Source: an uncultured Bacteroidales bacterium (GTDB lineage Bacteria; Bacteroidota; Bacteroidia; Bacteroidales; DASQZP01). From it: 64,000 nt of DNA. Numbering within the stretch: the first letter of the stretch is position 1; every line of letters begins with the position of its first letter. The position numbers were made by a program, and so were the translations under genes. The notes below the pieces were generated by a model, which saw nothing but the letters and a program-made list of their open reading frames with translations, did no database searches and was not told the DNA's origin. Shown here piece by piece: positions 36,137-46,090 of this stretch. The stretch lies in contig CAWAMZ010000018.1 of assembly GCA_963783315.1 (NCBI GenBank), forward strand, positions 12,107 through 76,106, read 5' to 3'.

Positions 36137-36889
36137 TTATTCTTTTACGGGTAAATAGAGCGGGTTTCGCTCGTTGAATTTACGTATGTAAAGGAATTTA
36201 AGTTGCTTTTTTTTGCGTTTTCTGAGATTACTGAATTCATCATGCAGTTCCGGATCCCGCATCAAAATCATTTCCAGATTTTTATAATCATAATCCATTA
36301 CCTTACCAGTATTGAAATCGAGAATAAACTGCCGCATCTCTGAAGTCTCGTATGATGAAGAACCCATATTGTAAGGATATGAATAGGGATTATAATACGG
36401 AGAATAATATGGATTGTTGTAATAAGGATCATTATAGCGGGTATTGTATGTTGTCACTGTAGCCACAAAATGACAAATATTGCCGACAATGGTTACCCTG
36501 TTAAATCCACCGTTTATATTGATGTACAGTACTCCGTTCCTGCTGAATCCCCAGATATTTTTGGTCTTTACCTCCTGGCGCATGCCCAGGTTATCATAAT
36601 AACTGATGTAATCTTTATTCAGCACCTCATCAAAAAAATCATCATCTCGATAATCTTTGTTGGCCAGAATCCTGGCACCTGAAATTGGTGAATTATTTTT
36701 TACCTGATTAAAATTCAGATATATACCCTCTTTGAACTTAAAATCGGGAGAATACTTTACCATTACAGTATCTCCCTGGGCAAAAGTAATTATTGCAAGC
36801 TGGGATAGCCATATAAACAGTAAAGCTTGTAAGAAAAAGCCTTTCACAAAATTTGTTTTCATAGATAAACCCCGAATGATCCTAAACAA
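36137..36889 (-). CDS. secreted hypothetical protein with a Tyr/Asn/Pro low-complexity insert
   Basis: 250-aa ORF with a signal peptide (alternative start at MKTNFVKG, 36862). It contains the run YNTRYNDPYYNNPYYSPYYNPYSYPYNMGSSSY and a basic C-terminal segment (RKRKKKQLK). Confidence 0.65.
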   Translation of the reverse strand: MFRIIRGLSMKTNFVKGFFLQALLFIWLSQLAIITFAQGDTVMVKYSPDFKFKEGIYLNFNQVKNNSPISGARILANKDYRDDDFFDEVLNKDYISYYDNLGMRQEVKTKNIWGFSRNGVLYININGGFNRVTIVGNICHFVATVTTYNTRYNDPYYNNPYYSPYYNPYSYPYNMGSSSYETSEMRQFILDFNTGKVMDYDYKNLEMILMRDPELHDEFSNLRKRKKKQLKFLYIRKFNERNPLYLPVKE

Positions 36890-37098
36890 AAATAACAGTT
36901 TTGAACTTTACTCCATAGAAAACGGAAATAATTTAATTTGTATTGTGATGATTTATCTTTTGAAACATATTTTGCTCGTTGCAGATTCTAACTGATTCAA
37001 AAAAGGTATAGAATTTCAATACCCTTATTGAAAACATAGTAAAAGTTTACAGGTAAGACAAATATGAATCAGATTTCGGCTGATAATTCAGGTCGGAC

Positions 37099-37737
37099 TC
37101 AATGTAACCTGGTTCCTATAAGATGAATAAATTCTTCCCGGGTAGCTACATTCTTAAGAAATTCACCAGTAAATGCCGAAGTTGTAGTAACCGAATTCTG
37201 TTTCTGTATACCCCTCATTACCATACACATATGTTTTGCCTCTATGACGACTGCAACACCAGCCGGCTGCAATGTTTCCTGAATGCAATCACGGATTTGC
37301 ATGGTAAGTCGCTCCTGCACCTGCAAACGCCGTGCGTATGCTTCTGTCACTCTGGCTATTTTGCTTAATCCGGTAATATAACCATTTGGTATATAAGCCA
37401 CATGAGCCTTCCCGAAAAATGGGATCAGGTGATGCTCACAAAGAGAAAAAATTTCAATATCCTTCACAATCACCATCTGCTGATAATCTTCCTTAAACAT
37501 AGCAGAACGCAATATTTCAGCTGGATCAAGTGTGTAGCCATGGGTTAAAAATTGAATTGATTTAGCAACCCTGTTGGGTGTATCCTGCAATCCTTCGCGT
37601 TTTGCATCCTCACCTATCAGATCCAGTATATTCTTGTAATTCTCTGCCAGCTTGTCGGTTCGCTCATCATCGTAATTATCAATGCGCTGATATCCGTTTT
37701 CATCTTCCGTTCCGATTCCGTTGTTTACTATTTTCAT
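37099..37737 (-). CDS. folE: GTP cyclohydrolase I
   Basis: FolE type-I signature [18 protein letters not shown] and the HMCMVMRG region. Confidence 0.95.
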   Translation of the reverse strand: MKIVNNGIGTEDENGYQRIDNYDDERTDKLAENYKNILDLIGEDAKREGLQDTPNRVAKSIQFLTHGYTLDPAEILRSAMFKEDYQQMVIVKDIEIFSLCEHHLIPFFGKAHVAYIPNGYITGLSKIARVTEAYARRLQVQERLTMQIRDCIQETLQPAGVAVVIEAKHMCMVMRGIQKQNSVTTTSAFTGEFLKNVATREEFIHLIGTRLH

Positions 37738-37852
37738 TTTACTGAAGTTATGATTTTAAGTCAGACAGGCTTTATACCCACCGACGAATTATTAATATTT
37801 CAATTAACATTGTTTCATTTACCATATTAACCTATAAACCTAACCAGGTTCA

Positions 37853-38266
37853 CTAATGCCCAAAAAACTCAACAAAATTATTTTCTGTTTCACATAGTTT
37901 GATACAGTGCAACTGCACCCCAAGTGCCCTGATAGGCTGTTCCAGTTCATCCCAGATACCAATGGCCATGTTCTCGGTAGAGGCAATTTTATCTTTCATG
38001 AAATCCACCTCCAGATTAACATTTTTGTGGTCGATTTTTTCTATGATCTTCTTCCGCACAATGCTGCTTACCTCTTTCAGGTTAACGACATAACCAAGTT
38101 CAGGGTTCAGTTCACCCTTTACGGTAACAAACAATTCGTAATTATGGCCATGCCAGTTTGGATTGGAACATTTCCCGAAAACATCGAGATTTTTCTGATC
38201 GTCCCAGTCAGCTCTGTACATCCTGTGAGCAGCATTAAAACGTTCCCTGCGCGTTAAAAAGATCAT
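37853..38266 (-). CDS. queD: 6-carboxytetrahydropterin / 6-pyruvoyltetrahydropterin synthase family protein
   Basis: 137 aa with FNAAHR, the CSNPNWHGHNY zinc/catalytic motif and the EN..VEF tail. The C-x5-HGH spacing resembles PTPS-I-like members, so a folate or queuosine role cannot be separated from sequence alone. Confidence 0.7.
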   Translation of the reverse strand: MIFLTRRERFNAAHRMYRADWDDQKNLDVFGKCSNPNWHGHNYELFVTVKGELNPELGYVVNLKEVSSIVRKKIIEKIDHKNVNLEVDFMKDKIASTENMAIGIWDELEQPIRALGVQLHCIKLCETENNFVEFFGH

Positions 38267-38610
38267 CTGTTCTTAATTTCAGTTATATTGACTAATTTTG
38301 TGCTAATTATCAGGAAAATTTACCGAATACATTCAAAGATAGGAACTTTTTTACTCTTCCTGTTACCATGCTGAATTAAAGTCCTGAAGTGTAATTCGAA
38401 AACAGGAAACATTAATTGCTCCGGGAAAAACCCTGACGAATAACATCAGATAGTAACAAAAGTTCATTGATGGCAGTTTTCATCTGATATAGTGTTCACG
38501 AGTTTTGAGAAAAAACTTTAAATACAAGAGAAAGGTAAAAATCAAGGACGTTTTAAAATAAAAAAATTTTTAACTGAAATTCGCCCGGCAGGGCAGAAAA
38601 AAGAGAGCGT

Positions 38611-39576
38611 ATGATCATAATAACCGGTGCGGCAGGTTTCATTGCGAGTAACCTCATCACCAAATTAAATGAAGCCCAATTCAAAGACCTTGTTTTAGTT
38701 GATGACTTCTCTCATCCGGAAAAAAACAGAAATTTTGAAAATAAAACATTCTCCTCCAAAGTTGAACGGGAAGAATTTATTCCCTGGTTAAAAGAAAATC
38801 ACCGGTTTGTTGAGTTTGTTTTTCACCTGGGGGCCCGAACGGATACAACTGAATTTGATAAAGATATATTTGACAGGTTAAACCTGAATTACAGCAAGGC
38901 AGTCTGGAACACCTGTGTGGAATTCGGGCTGCCACTTATTTATGCATCCTCGGCTGCCACTTATGGCATGGGCGAACACGGATATGATGATAGTGAGCAC
39001 ATAATTGACCAGTTGGAACCGCTGAATCCTTACGGAGAGTCAAAAAATGAGTTTGATAAATGGGTGGTGCAGCAGGAAAGAAAACCATTCTTCTGGGCAG
39101 GCCTGAAGTTTTTTAATGTATACGGCCCTAATGAATATCATAAAGGAAGAATGGCCTCTGTTGTTTATCATTCTTTTAACCAGATCAGGAAAACAGGTAA
39201 AATGAAACTTTTCCGTTCACATAATCCGGAATTCAGAGATGGCGAGCAAAAAAGGGATTTTATTTACGTGAAAGATGTGACAGATGTACTGCATTTTCTA
39301 ATGATCAACAGACAAGAATCCGGTATTTTCAATCTGGGTACAGGTAAAGCCCGCACTTTTTATGATCTTGTCAGCAGTACTTTTAAAGCGATGGGACTTC
39401 CTGTAAATATTGAATTCATTGATACACCTGAAGACATTCGCGATAAATACCAGTATTTCACTGAAGCCAGAATGGAAAAGCTGCGTTCAGCGGGTTATGC
39501 CCGACCATTTTCCTCACTTGAGCAAGGAGTTACTGATTACGTGAAAAATTACCTGCACGATAGCAGGATATATTGA
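38611..39576 (+). CDS. hldD: NAD-dependent sugar-nucleotide epimerase, ADP-L-glycero-D-manno-heptose 6-epimerase-like
   Basis: Rossmann N-terminus (IIITGAAGFIASNL), the SDR catalytic YGESK, and length and layout like HldD/RfaD. Substrate assignment is by recalled similarity only. Confidence 0.55.
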   Translation: MIIITGAAGFIASNLITKLNEAQFKDLVLVDDFSHPEKNRNFENKTFSSKVEREEFIPWLKENHRFVEFVFHLGARTDTTEFDKDIFDRLNLNYSKAVWNTCVEFGLPLIYASSAATYGMGEHGYDDSEHIIDQLEPLNPYGESKNEFDKWVVQQERKPFFWAGLKFFNVYGPNEYHKGRMASVVYHSFNQIRKTGKMKLFRSHNPEFRDGEQKRDFIYVKDVTDVLHFLMINRQESGIFNLGTGKARTFYDLVSSTFKAMGLPVNIEFIDTPEDIRDKYQYFTEARMEKLRSAGYARPFSSLEQGVTDYVKNYLHDSRIY

Positions 39577-39594
39577 ACATTGAACACTGAATAA

Positions 39595-39624
39595 AGGCTG
39601 GAAGAGAAAATAATCTTTCAGCCT
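39595..39624. terminator. hairpin between the convergent hldD-like and DUF1858 genes
   Basis: 10-bp stem AGGCTGGAAG / CTTTCAGCCT (one G-T) with a 10-nt loop and weak U-tracts. Confidence 0.4.
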
Positions 39625-39630
39625 CAAGAC

Positions 39631-39831
39631 CTATTTCAGGGCATTCAGCTCTCTGACAACCTCATCGATAGCTGCATCATCAAATCCTTTTTGCCTGGCT
39701 GCCTCTTCAAGTGTTCCCCAAATGGGCTCTCCACAAGCGATACATTTAATTCCTTTTTCCATCAGGTATTTTACTGATTGTGGCACCTTGTCCACCAGTT
39801 CTTCAATAGTGATGTCTTTTTGAATTTGCAT
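39631..39831 (-). CDS. DUF1858-type small redox-disulfide domain protein
   Basis: 66 aa with TIEELVDKVPQSVKYL and the CIACGEPIWGTLEEAA pattern recalled from the hybrid-cluster-protein-associated DUF1858 domain. Confidence 0.6.
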   Translation of the reverse strand: MQIQKDITIEELVDKVPQSVKYLMEKGIKCIACGEPIWGTLEEAARQKGFDDAAIDEVVRELNALK

Positions 39832-40066
39832 GGTATTATATTTAATAAAACAATAACAACAAATTTAGCCAATCGGTTGCAAAATTGACCTTTTGTACAA
39901 CAGGGTAAGCATAATTCTCTGGCTATCGCCTGAAAATAATATATACATACATTTATCTCTTTTTTTCATCGAATTTGTGAACAAAAGAAATTCGTGAATG
40001 TTATATATAATCAATCTAAATTAGAATAGCCAAAAAATAAATGTTGAACCTAAAAAATTAGAAATT

Positions 40067-40666
40067 ATGGCTTTTACACAAGACAAATTACCCTATTCAT
40101 TTGATGCACTTGAACCACATATAGATGCCAGGACAATGGAGATCCATTACACCAAGCATCATGGAGGCTATACCAGCAAATTAAACAATGCAGTAAAAGA
40201 TACTGATCTTGAAAAAAAATCCATAGAGGAAATTATGGCTGGTGTTTCCAAACATGGCACTGCTGTAAGGAATAACGGAGGTGGATTTTACAATCACAAC
40301 CTCTTCTGGAAGGTGATGTCACCCAACGGAGGCGGGAAACCTTCCGGTGAACTGGCAGATGCTGTCAGCAAATTCTTCGGCTCATTTGATAGTTTCAAAG
40401 AAGAATTCAATAATGCAGCAGCAACACGGTTTGGTTCTGGATGGGCCTGGCTGGTTAAACAGGACGGAAAACTGGCAATCGGTTCCACTCCGAATCAGGA
40501 TAATCCGCTGATGGACGTATCAGATTTCAAGGGAAAACCAATCCTTGGACTGGATGTTTGGGAACATGCTTACTATTTAAAGTATCAGAACCGCAGGCCG
40601 GAATATATTGATGCATTCTGGAATGTTATTAACTGGGAAGAAGTTAACAGGTTATTCAAATCCTGA
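40067..40666 (+). CDS. sodA: superoxide dismutase, Mn-type (or cambialistic) signature
   Basis: Fe/Mn SOD fold ([15 protein letters not shown]). It has the Mn-type discriminators [13 protein letters not shown] and the C-domain Gln in STPNQDNP. Confidence 0.85.
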   Translation: MAFTQDKLPYSFDALEPHIDARTMEIHYTKHHGGYTSKLNNAVKDTDLEKKSIEEIMAGVSKHGTAVRNNGGGFYNHNLFWKVMSPNGGGKPSGELADAVSKFFGSFDSFKEEFNNAAATRFGSGWAWLVKQDGKLAIGSTPNQDNPLMDVSDFKGKPILGLDVWEHAYYLKYQNRRPEYIDAFWNVINWEEVNRLFKS

Positions 40667-40726
40667 TGAAATATTTTGCTTTTTAACATTCATTTTTATC
40701 GCAATTAGTGGTTAGTTTGTTCAAAA

Positions 40727-40754
40727 GAAAAGCCGGATTCGATCCGGCTTTTCT
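40727..40754 (+). terminator. rho-independent terminator of sodA
   Basis: AAAAGCCGGAT-TCG-ATCCGGCTTTTC: 8-bp GC-rich stem, short loop, T-tract. Confidence 0.8.
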
Positions 40755-40847
40755 GTTACCATGAAAATCAAGAAAAACTACTAACTACCCTATTTTAAAT
40801 TTTATTTTATATGAGTATCGTATTATGTTCCTAAAGCATTAACCGTT

Positions 40848-40941
40848 CTGCCCCCTGCCCTCTGAAGGGGTCCTACGCTCCGGTAAACAATATAGCCCGG
40901 GTTATAATTGCGGGCTGTCCCCTTTAGGGATTTAGGGGCAG
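40848..40941. other. GC-rich rod-like inverted-repeat element (candidate structured RNA or REP-like element)
   Basis: Nested complementary segments: CTGCCCC/GGGGCAG (40848-54 / 40935-41), CCCT/AGGG (40858-61 / 40926-29), AAGGGG/CCCCTT (40865-70 / 40919-24), AGCCCG/CGGGCT (40894-99 / 40911-16). It stands out against the AT-rich intergenic DNA between convergent genes. Confidence 0.5.
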
Positions 40942-41025
40942 TGAGAGGGAATTCATAATAACATTTGATTTTATATTTTTGACTAAATGCTAAATTAGTA
41001 ATACATTCCGACAGTTCATATTATT

Positions 41026-41982
41026 TTATTTTTTCAGAAAATATTCTTTCCCTTTAAAAACGCGATCCATAAGGTCACCGCCGTTCCCACTAAAGTATGC
41101 ATCGGCATTCAAAGTTGAATGTACAGCATACCCGTTTACTGAATCAGCAGGAAGTGCTGTAACAGAAACCGGGGTAACCCCTTCGATATTCAGCGTAAAT
41201 GCAGGTGTTTCACTTTTAATAACAGATTTGTTGACAAAGTTACGCCCTGACAATTTTTGCAGATTGTTCAGGAACCGGACTGTTTTCAGTGAATCAACCA
41301 ACTGTCCGTCTATCATCCAACCTGAAGAATCGCGGGTCATCACGAAAGAACTGTCTGCCGGATAATTGAATGCCAGTTTTGTCCAGTTTTGTGGACTACC
41401 ATTTACCAGTGCTTTATATCGGTATGTGGCAAGATCGGGATTGAAAGTCATTTTCAGAAAACCACTTACTGCATATACTTTTTTCTCTCCTTTCTCCCGC
41501 ACAAAACTGGTCATGGTACCCTGCCTGCTGTAAGGGTTATCCGGCTGTTTATAAGAAAATTTTCCGATCAACAGGTCTGATAAAACTTTATCTTTCTTGT
41601 TCAGCACTTTAACCTCAATGGCCATGGTATCCACAACCTCATAGTCGGCCCATTTATCAGATTTTGTGGCGGCAATTCTTTCAGGGGAAAGACTTTTCAA
41701 CTGCAACAGCAGATTATCAACCGCATTATTATCTGCCTTGTATGTCTCGTTTCCGGAGGATACTTCCCAGCCTCCATCCTTCCTGTACAAATCAAGTTTG
41801 GCACCATGGTCTCCGGGACGTACGATATGAATAGCAGACATTGAAGCCGTATCAGCTTCAACCAGAAACTTCCTGAAAGACCGGTCGCCTTTTCTGGCAT
41901 CTCTGACCTGTATAAAAATGACCAGTGCCAGCAGTACCACAAAAATAACAGCCAGCCATTTCATATTAATTTTTCTAAACAT
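41026..41982 (-). CDS. DUF4340-like protein, last gene of the gldA-gldF-gldG operon
   Basis: 318 aa with an N-terminal TM anchor. It overlaps the gldG stop by 8 nt, the usual position of the DUF4340 partner of GldG-type proteins. Confidence 0.6.
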   Translation of the reverse strand: MFRKINMKWLAVIFVVLLALVIFIQVRDARKGDRSFRKFLVEADTASMSAIHIVRPGDHGAKLDLYRKDGGWEVSSGNETYKADNNAVDNLLLQLKSLSPERIAATKSDKWADYEVVDTMAIEVKVLNKKDKVLSDLLIGKFSYKQPDNPYSRQGTMTSFVREKGEKKVYAVSGFLKMTFNPDLATYRYKALVNGSPQNWTKLAFNYPADSSFVMTRDSSGWMIDGQLVDSLKTVRFLNNLQKLSGRNFVNKSVIKSETPAFTLNIEGVTPVSVTALPADSVNGYAVHSTLNADAYFSGNGGDLMDRVFKGKEYFLKK

Positions 41983-43489
41983 AACCTTCCTCCATTCTTT
42001 TTATCCTGAGTGAATTTTTAAACTGCATCCTGATAATTCCAAATACAATTACCAATACAATAGGCAATGAAAAGTTCAGGTATTTAAGAAACATCTTCTT
42101 ACTATCAGCAATCTGATCAAGTGGACGGGCCGTAACGCCTTTTGTTCTCAATTGAATAAGGCCGGTATCATCAGACAGCCAGTCGATAGCATTCACTAGC
42201 AGATTCACATTATCTTTGTTGACACTTTGTTGTCTTTGTCTGCCCTGACTTCCGACAGGAAAATCTCCGTCTCCGAACACAATCATCTTAGAAGGTTTGT
42301 TGCCCGAAATATTGCCTTCCAGTGAAGCGCCCAGCGTGATGCCGGAACGCGTAAAATCACTTTCATCCCATTTCTTTTCTATATTAAAATAGGTTGGAGA
42401 GGGGACAATTCCTGACTTTTCAGAAGAGAAAATTAATGGCGTATAGGTCAGTGACGAATCACCTGTAAACCTGACCTGACTAACGAATTTAAAAATAATC
42501 GCATCAAGGCCTTCGGTGACGGGGCTACTGGCAAATTTTGACACTACCGGTATATAGGGGAAATTAACATTCGTCTGAAAAGAAAATGGCCCCTGCTGCT
42601 GCATAACAGTAACTGCAGCGCAACTGGCATCAATTACAAAATCAGGATCAACTGTGATTCCCTTAGCTTTAAGCCAGCTTTCAAGTCCGGTATTCAGGGT
42701 ACTTCCTCTGGAGTTTTGCAGGTCTCCGTCAACCCTGTTAATGGCAACCAACAGACTTTTACCACTGGCAAGAAATGCATCAAGTATATGTAACTGATTG
42801 TTCCGGAAAGAGTCTGTCGGAGCAATTACTGCCAGTGTTTTAAATTTTGAAAGGTCAACAGAATCAGCCAGTTTCACAGGTTCAACCTGATAAAGAACCG
42901 AGAGTTCGCTCATTGCCTGTGACAGGCTTCCCGGCGCAGGCTCTCCCTGTCCCTGGACCAGACCGATAACAGGTTTGTTATCCACTGTGAGTTTTTTAAT
43001 ACTTGATGAAAGTGCATATTCCATAGCAGCGCCGGGTTGCATAAAAGGAATTACCTCTTTTTTATCACCCATCTGAACCACCGCACCCAGGTAAGCTCTT
43101 TTCTGGACTGACTGATCTTTTTCCCGTGTATTGATGATAACGGGCTGCACACCAGCCTGCATGGCTTTTTGTTCCATCTCGTCGCTCTGGTTCGGATCGA
43201 TAAATTCGTATACCAGATTGCCGTCGGAAAGGGAAGCATACTCTATCAGTAAGTCCTTAAAATCGCGCCTGGTCTGAGTGATATTCGGTGGGAGATCTTT
43301 AGAAAAGTAAGCCGTTACAGTGACTGGTTCACTGAGATTATTCATGATATCTTTGGTTGCCTCACTTAATGTGTAGCGGTTATCAGAAGTAAGGTCAAGA
43401 CGAACAAAGAATTTATCGGACAGCAAATTTACCAGGATAATAATGCCTATGGTAATAACCAGGTAAGCAATTACAGATTTTTTCTTCAT
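41975..43489 (-). CDS. gldG: gliding-motility-associated ABC transporter auxiliary component GldG
   Basis: 504 aa with N- and C-terminal TM helices flanking a large periplasmic domain (ABC_transp_aux-type), immediately downstream of gldF. Confidence 0.75.
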   Translation of the reverse strand: MKKKSVIAYLVITIGIIILVNLLSDKFFVRLDLTSDNRYTLSEATKDIMNNLSEPVTVTAYFSKDLPPNITQTRRDFKDLLIEYASLSDGNLVYEFIDPNQSDEMEQKAMQAGVQPVIINTREKDQSVQKRAYLGAVVQMGDKKEVIPFMQPGAAMEYALSSSIKKLTVDNKPVIGLVQGQGEPAPGSLSQAMSELSVLYQVEPVKLADSVDLSKFKTLAVIAPTDSFRNNQLHILDAFLASGKSLLVAINRVDGDLQNSRGSTLNTGLESWLKAKGITVDPDFVIDASCAAVTVMQQQGPFSFQTNVNFPYIPVVSKFASSPVTEGLDAIIFKFVSQVRFTGDSSLTYTPLIFSSEKSGIVPSPTYFNIEKKWDESDFTRSGITLGASLEGNISGNKPSKMIVFGDGDFPVGSQGRQRQQSVNKDNVNLLVNAIDWLSDDTGLIQLRTKGVTARPLDQIADSKKMFLKYLNFSLPIVLVIVFGIIRMQFKNSLRIKRMEEGYV

Positions 43490-43504
43490 TGCAGATTATA
43501 TTTT

Positions 43505-44233
43505 TTAATTTCCTATAATATTTCTTCTTGCCACCATACTCTCAGTACCCACAAGGCCCAAAAAAATTATCGAAAGGAAATAAATCAGATCCCTGGTATC
43601 AATAACTCCTCTGGATATGGATTCATAATGGGTTGACAGGCTCAGGTAATTGAAGATATTACCCACAAGCCCGGTGAAATTCGAAGCAAGAATTCCAAAA
43701 ATGATGTGGAAGAATATACCGATAAACAAAGCCAGCAAAAAGGAAACAATCTGGTTATTTGAAATACTTGATGCAAACAACCCAATACTTATATAGGCTG
43801 CACTCATTAACACCAGCCCAAGATAACCTGACCAAACAACACCATGATCAATGGGCCCCAGTTTGGCAACAGTTATATAATATGGTATAGTGAGCAGTAA
43901 AGAAATTATGATAAGCATCAAAGTAGAGAGGAACTTACCCACAACCAGCTGCCAGTCGCTTACGGGCTTTGTCAGTAGCAACTCAATTGTTCCGGTTTTT
44001 TTCTCCTCAGCTATCTGCCGCATCGTCAAAGCCGGGATAAAAAAGAAGAGTGTCCAGTATGCAATACCAAAGAAAGCCTGCAGGCTTGCCTGATTCACAA
44101 AAAAGATGTCGCTGCCGTAGAGCCAGGTAAAAAAACCACTGAATCCCAGAAAGGCAACCAGCATTATATAAGCCATAAGAGAATCAAAAAAAGACCGGAG
44201 TTCTCTTTTTGCTATTACCCAAATTTGTTTCAT
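43505..44233 (-). CDS. gldF: gliding-motility-associated ABC transporter permease GldF
   Basis: 242-aa six-TM ABC-2 type permease between gldA and gldG. Confidence 0.75.
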   Translation of the reverse strand: MKQIWVIAKRELRSFFDSLMAYIMLVAFLGFSGFFTWLYGSDIFFVNQASLQAFFGIAYWTLFFFIPALTMRQIAEEKKTGTIELLLTKPVSDWQLVVGKFLSTLMLIIISLLLTIPYYITVAKLGPIDHGVVWSGYLGLVLMSAAYISIGLFASSISNNQIVSFLLALFIGIFFHIIFGILASNFTGLVGNIFNYLSLSTHYESISRGVIDTRDLIYFLSIIFLGLVGTESMVARRNIIGN

Positions 44234-44246
44234 TATCAGAATATTT

Positions 44247-45176
44247 TTAATGCGTTGTTAATTCTCTGAAAATATCTTCAAGTTTTGTTTCAACCGGTGT
44301 CAGCTCGGTGAGAAACCATCCTTTGTCTGCGCAGAGGGAAAAAATGGCTTTTCGCGAACTTAGTTCCTCCTGGCTCTGTATCTCAAAATAATTCTGATTT
44401 CCCTTAAGAAAATCCACCCTTGCCACTTCACTTAACTGTTGAAGATTCTTAAAGACGTCGTTTCTTTCTCCCCCTTCAATACCCACTTTCAGAATTTCGC
44501 GTCCCTGGGCTCTTTTCCTAAGATCTTCAGATGACCCATCAGCAACTATCTTTCCTTTGTCAATAATCATAATGCGGTCACAGGTAGCTTCCACTTCGGC
44601 AAGAATATGAGAACTGAGGATCACCGTTTTTTCTTTACCAATGCGTTTAATGAGCTCACGAATTTCAACAATCTGGTTTGGGTCCAGACCAGAAGTAGGT
44701 TCATCAAGGATAAGTACTGCCGGATCGTGAATAAGAGCCTGTGCCAGTCCTACCCGCTGCCTGTACCCTTTGGATAGTTCTCCGATATTCTTGTGCTTTT
44801 CCCCTTCCAGACCACAGATTTTAACCATTTCCAGAATACGTTTTTTTATTCGGTTTTTTTGCACACCCTGTAACTCTGCCATAAACCGGAGATAATCGAT
44901 CACAGGCATTTCCTGATAAAGCGGATTGGTTTCTGGCAGATAACCAATAGTCCGCTTGATCTCTTCAGGATTTTCAAGGTTATTATAACCTCCTACCCTG
45001 ATTACACCTTCATCAGGGGCCATATAGCAGGTGACCGCCTTCATGGTAGTGGTTTTTCCGGCACCATTAGGACCCAGAAAACCAAGTACCTCACCAGTCT
45101 TTACCTCAAAAGAAATATCATCTACTGCCTTTTGCAAACCATATTTCTTGGTAACATTTTCAACTACTATGTCCAT
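44247..45176 (-). CDS. gldA: gliding-motility-associated ABC transporter ATP-binding protein GldA
   Basis: Walker A GPNGAGKTT, signature LSKGYRQR, Walker B ILDEPTSGLD, and an N-terminus resembling GldA (VENVTKKYGLQKAVDDISFEV). Confidence 0.8.
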   Translation of the reverse strand: MDIVVENVTKKYGLQKAVDDISFEVKTGEVLGFLGPNGAGKTTTMKAVTCYMAPDEGVIRVGGYNNLENPEEIKRTIGYLPETNPLYQEMPVIDYLRFMAELQGVQKNRIKKRILEMVKICGLEGEKHKNIGELSKGYRQRVGLAQALIHDPAVLILDEPTSGLDPNQIVEIRELIKRIGKEKTVILSSHILAEVEATCDRIMIIDKGKIVADGSSEDLRKRAQGREILKVGIEGGERNDVFKNLQQLSEVARVDFLKGNQNYFEIQSQEELSSRKAIFSLCADKGWFLTELTPVETKLEDIFRELTTH

Positions 45177-45456
45177 AATTATGAATAATAAATTTGATTA
45201 AGGAGATTTGAAAGGATTAACCCGAAATTTTAACTGAAAAATAATCCGGGTCAAAACCAACACAAAACTCGTAATTTACCAGTAAAGCACAATCTAAAAA
45301 CGAATGTCTATTTGACAGAAAATATTAAAAAATGTTAAACGCATTTCCGGTGTATTATCTAATCATCAGGGCGAAAAGACGGACTTGATTATATCCGATA
45401 AAAAGTGTATATTAATAGCAGGAAAGACAATTTAATAACCAATAAAAAATTGACCT

Positions 45457-46029
45457 ATGTTTGAACTTCCAACTTTACCCTACAGCCTGGATTCCCTGGC
45501 ACCTCACATCAAGAAGCAAACCCTTGAATTTCATTACGGAAAACATCATCAGGGATATATTAATAATCTAAATAACCTGGTACCCGGGACTCCTTTTGAG
45601 AATGCTTCCCTTGAAGATATCATTCTCACTGCTGATGGTGCCATTTATAATAATGGCGCTCAGATATGGAACCACACCTTTTATTTTATGAGTCTGTCAC
45701 CTGAAGGACATCATGAGCCCAGGGGACTGCTTGCCGATGCAATAGATCTTGAATTTGGTTCATTTTCAGAGTTTAAAGAGCGGTTTACCAAGGCCGCCAC
45801 TACATTATTTGGCTCCGGATGGGCCTGGCTGATAAAAAAAGATGACGGCCATCTGGATATTGTGCAGGAACCGAATGCAGGCAATCCGCTACGGAATAAA
45901 GCCACTCCGCTGCTTACCTGTGATGTCTGGGAACACGCTTATTATCTTGATTATCAAAACAGAAGACCTGAATACATCGATGCCTTCTGGAAAATAGTTG
46001 ACTGGCAGGTTGTTGAAAAAAGGTTATAA
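45457..46029 (+). CDS. sodB: superoxide dismutase, Fe-type signature
   Basis: Fe/Mn SOD fold ([20 protein letters not shown]). It has the Fe-type discriminators NNGAQIWNHTFY and EPNAGNP, with no C-domain Gln. Confidence 0.85.
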   Translation: MFELPTLPYSLDSLAPHIKKQTLEFHYGKHHQGYINNLNNLVPGTPFENASLEDIILTADGAIYNNGAQIWNHTFYFMSLSPEGHHEPRGLLADAIDLEFGSFSEFKERFTKAATTLFGSGWAWLIKKDDGHLDIVQEPNAGNPLRNKATPLLTCDVWEHAYYLDYQNRRPEYIDAFWKIVDWQVVEKRL

Positions 46030-46090
46030 AAGTACACATAACTTAACCCCTTAAGCAGAGTTTCATATTTGGATAAATGAAATTTGTGTT

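Noticed and set aside
40727-40754. GGATTCGATCC-like sequence reminiscent of a tRNA T-arm.
   Set aside because: It is just the loop of the sodA terminator hairpin. No acceptor or anticodon arms can be built around it. I found no tRNA genes anywhere in the window.
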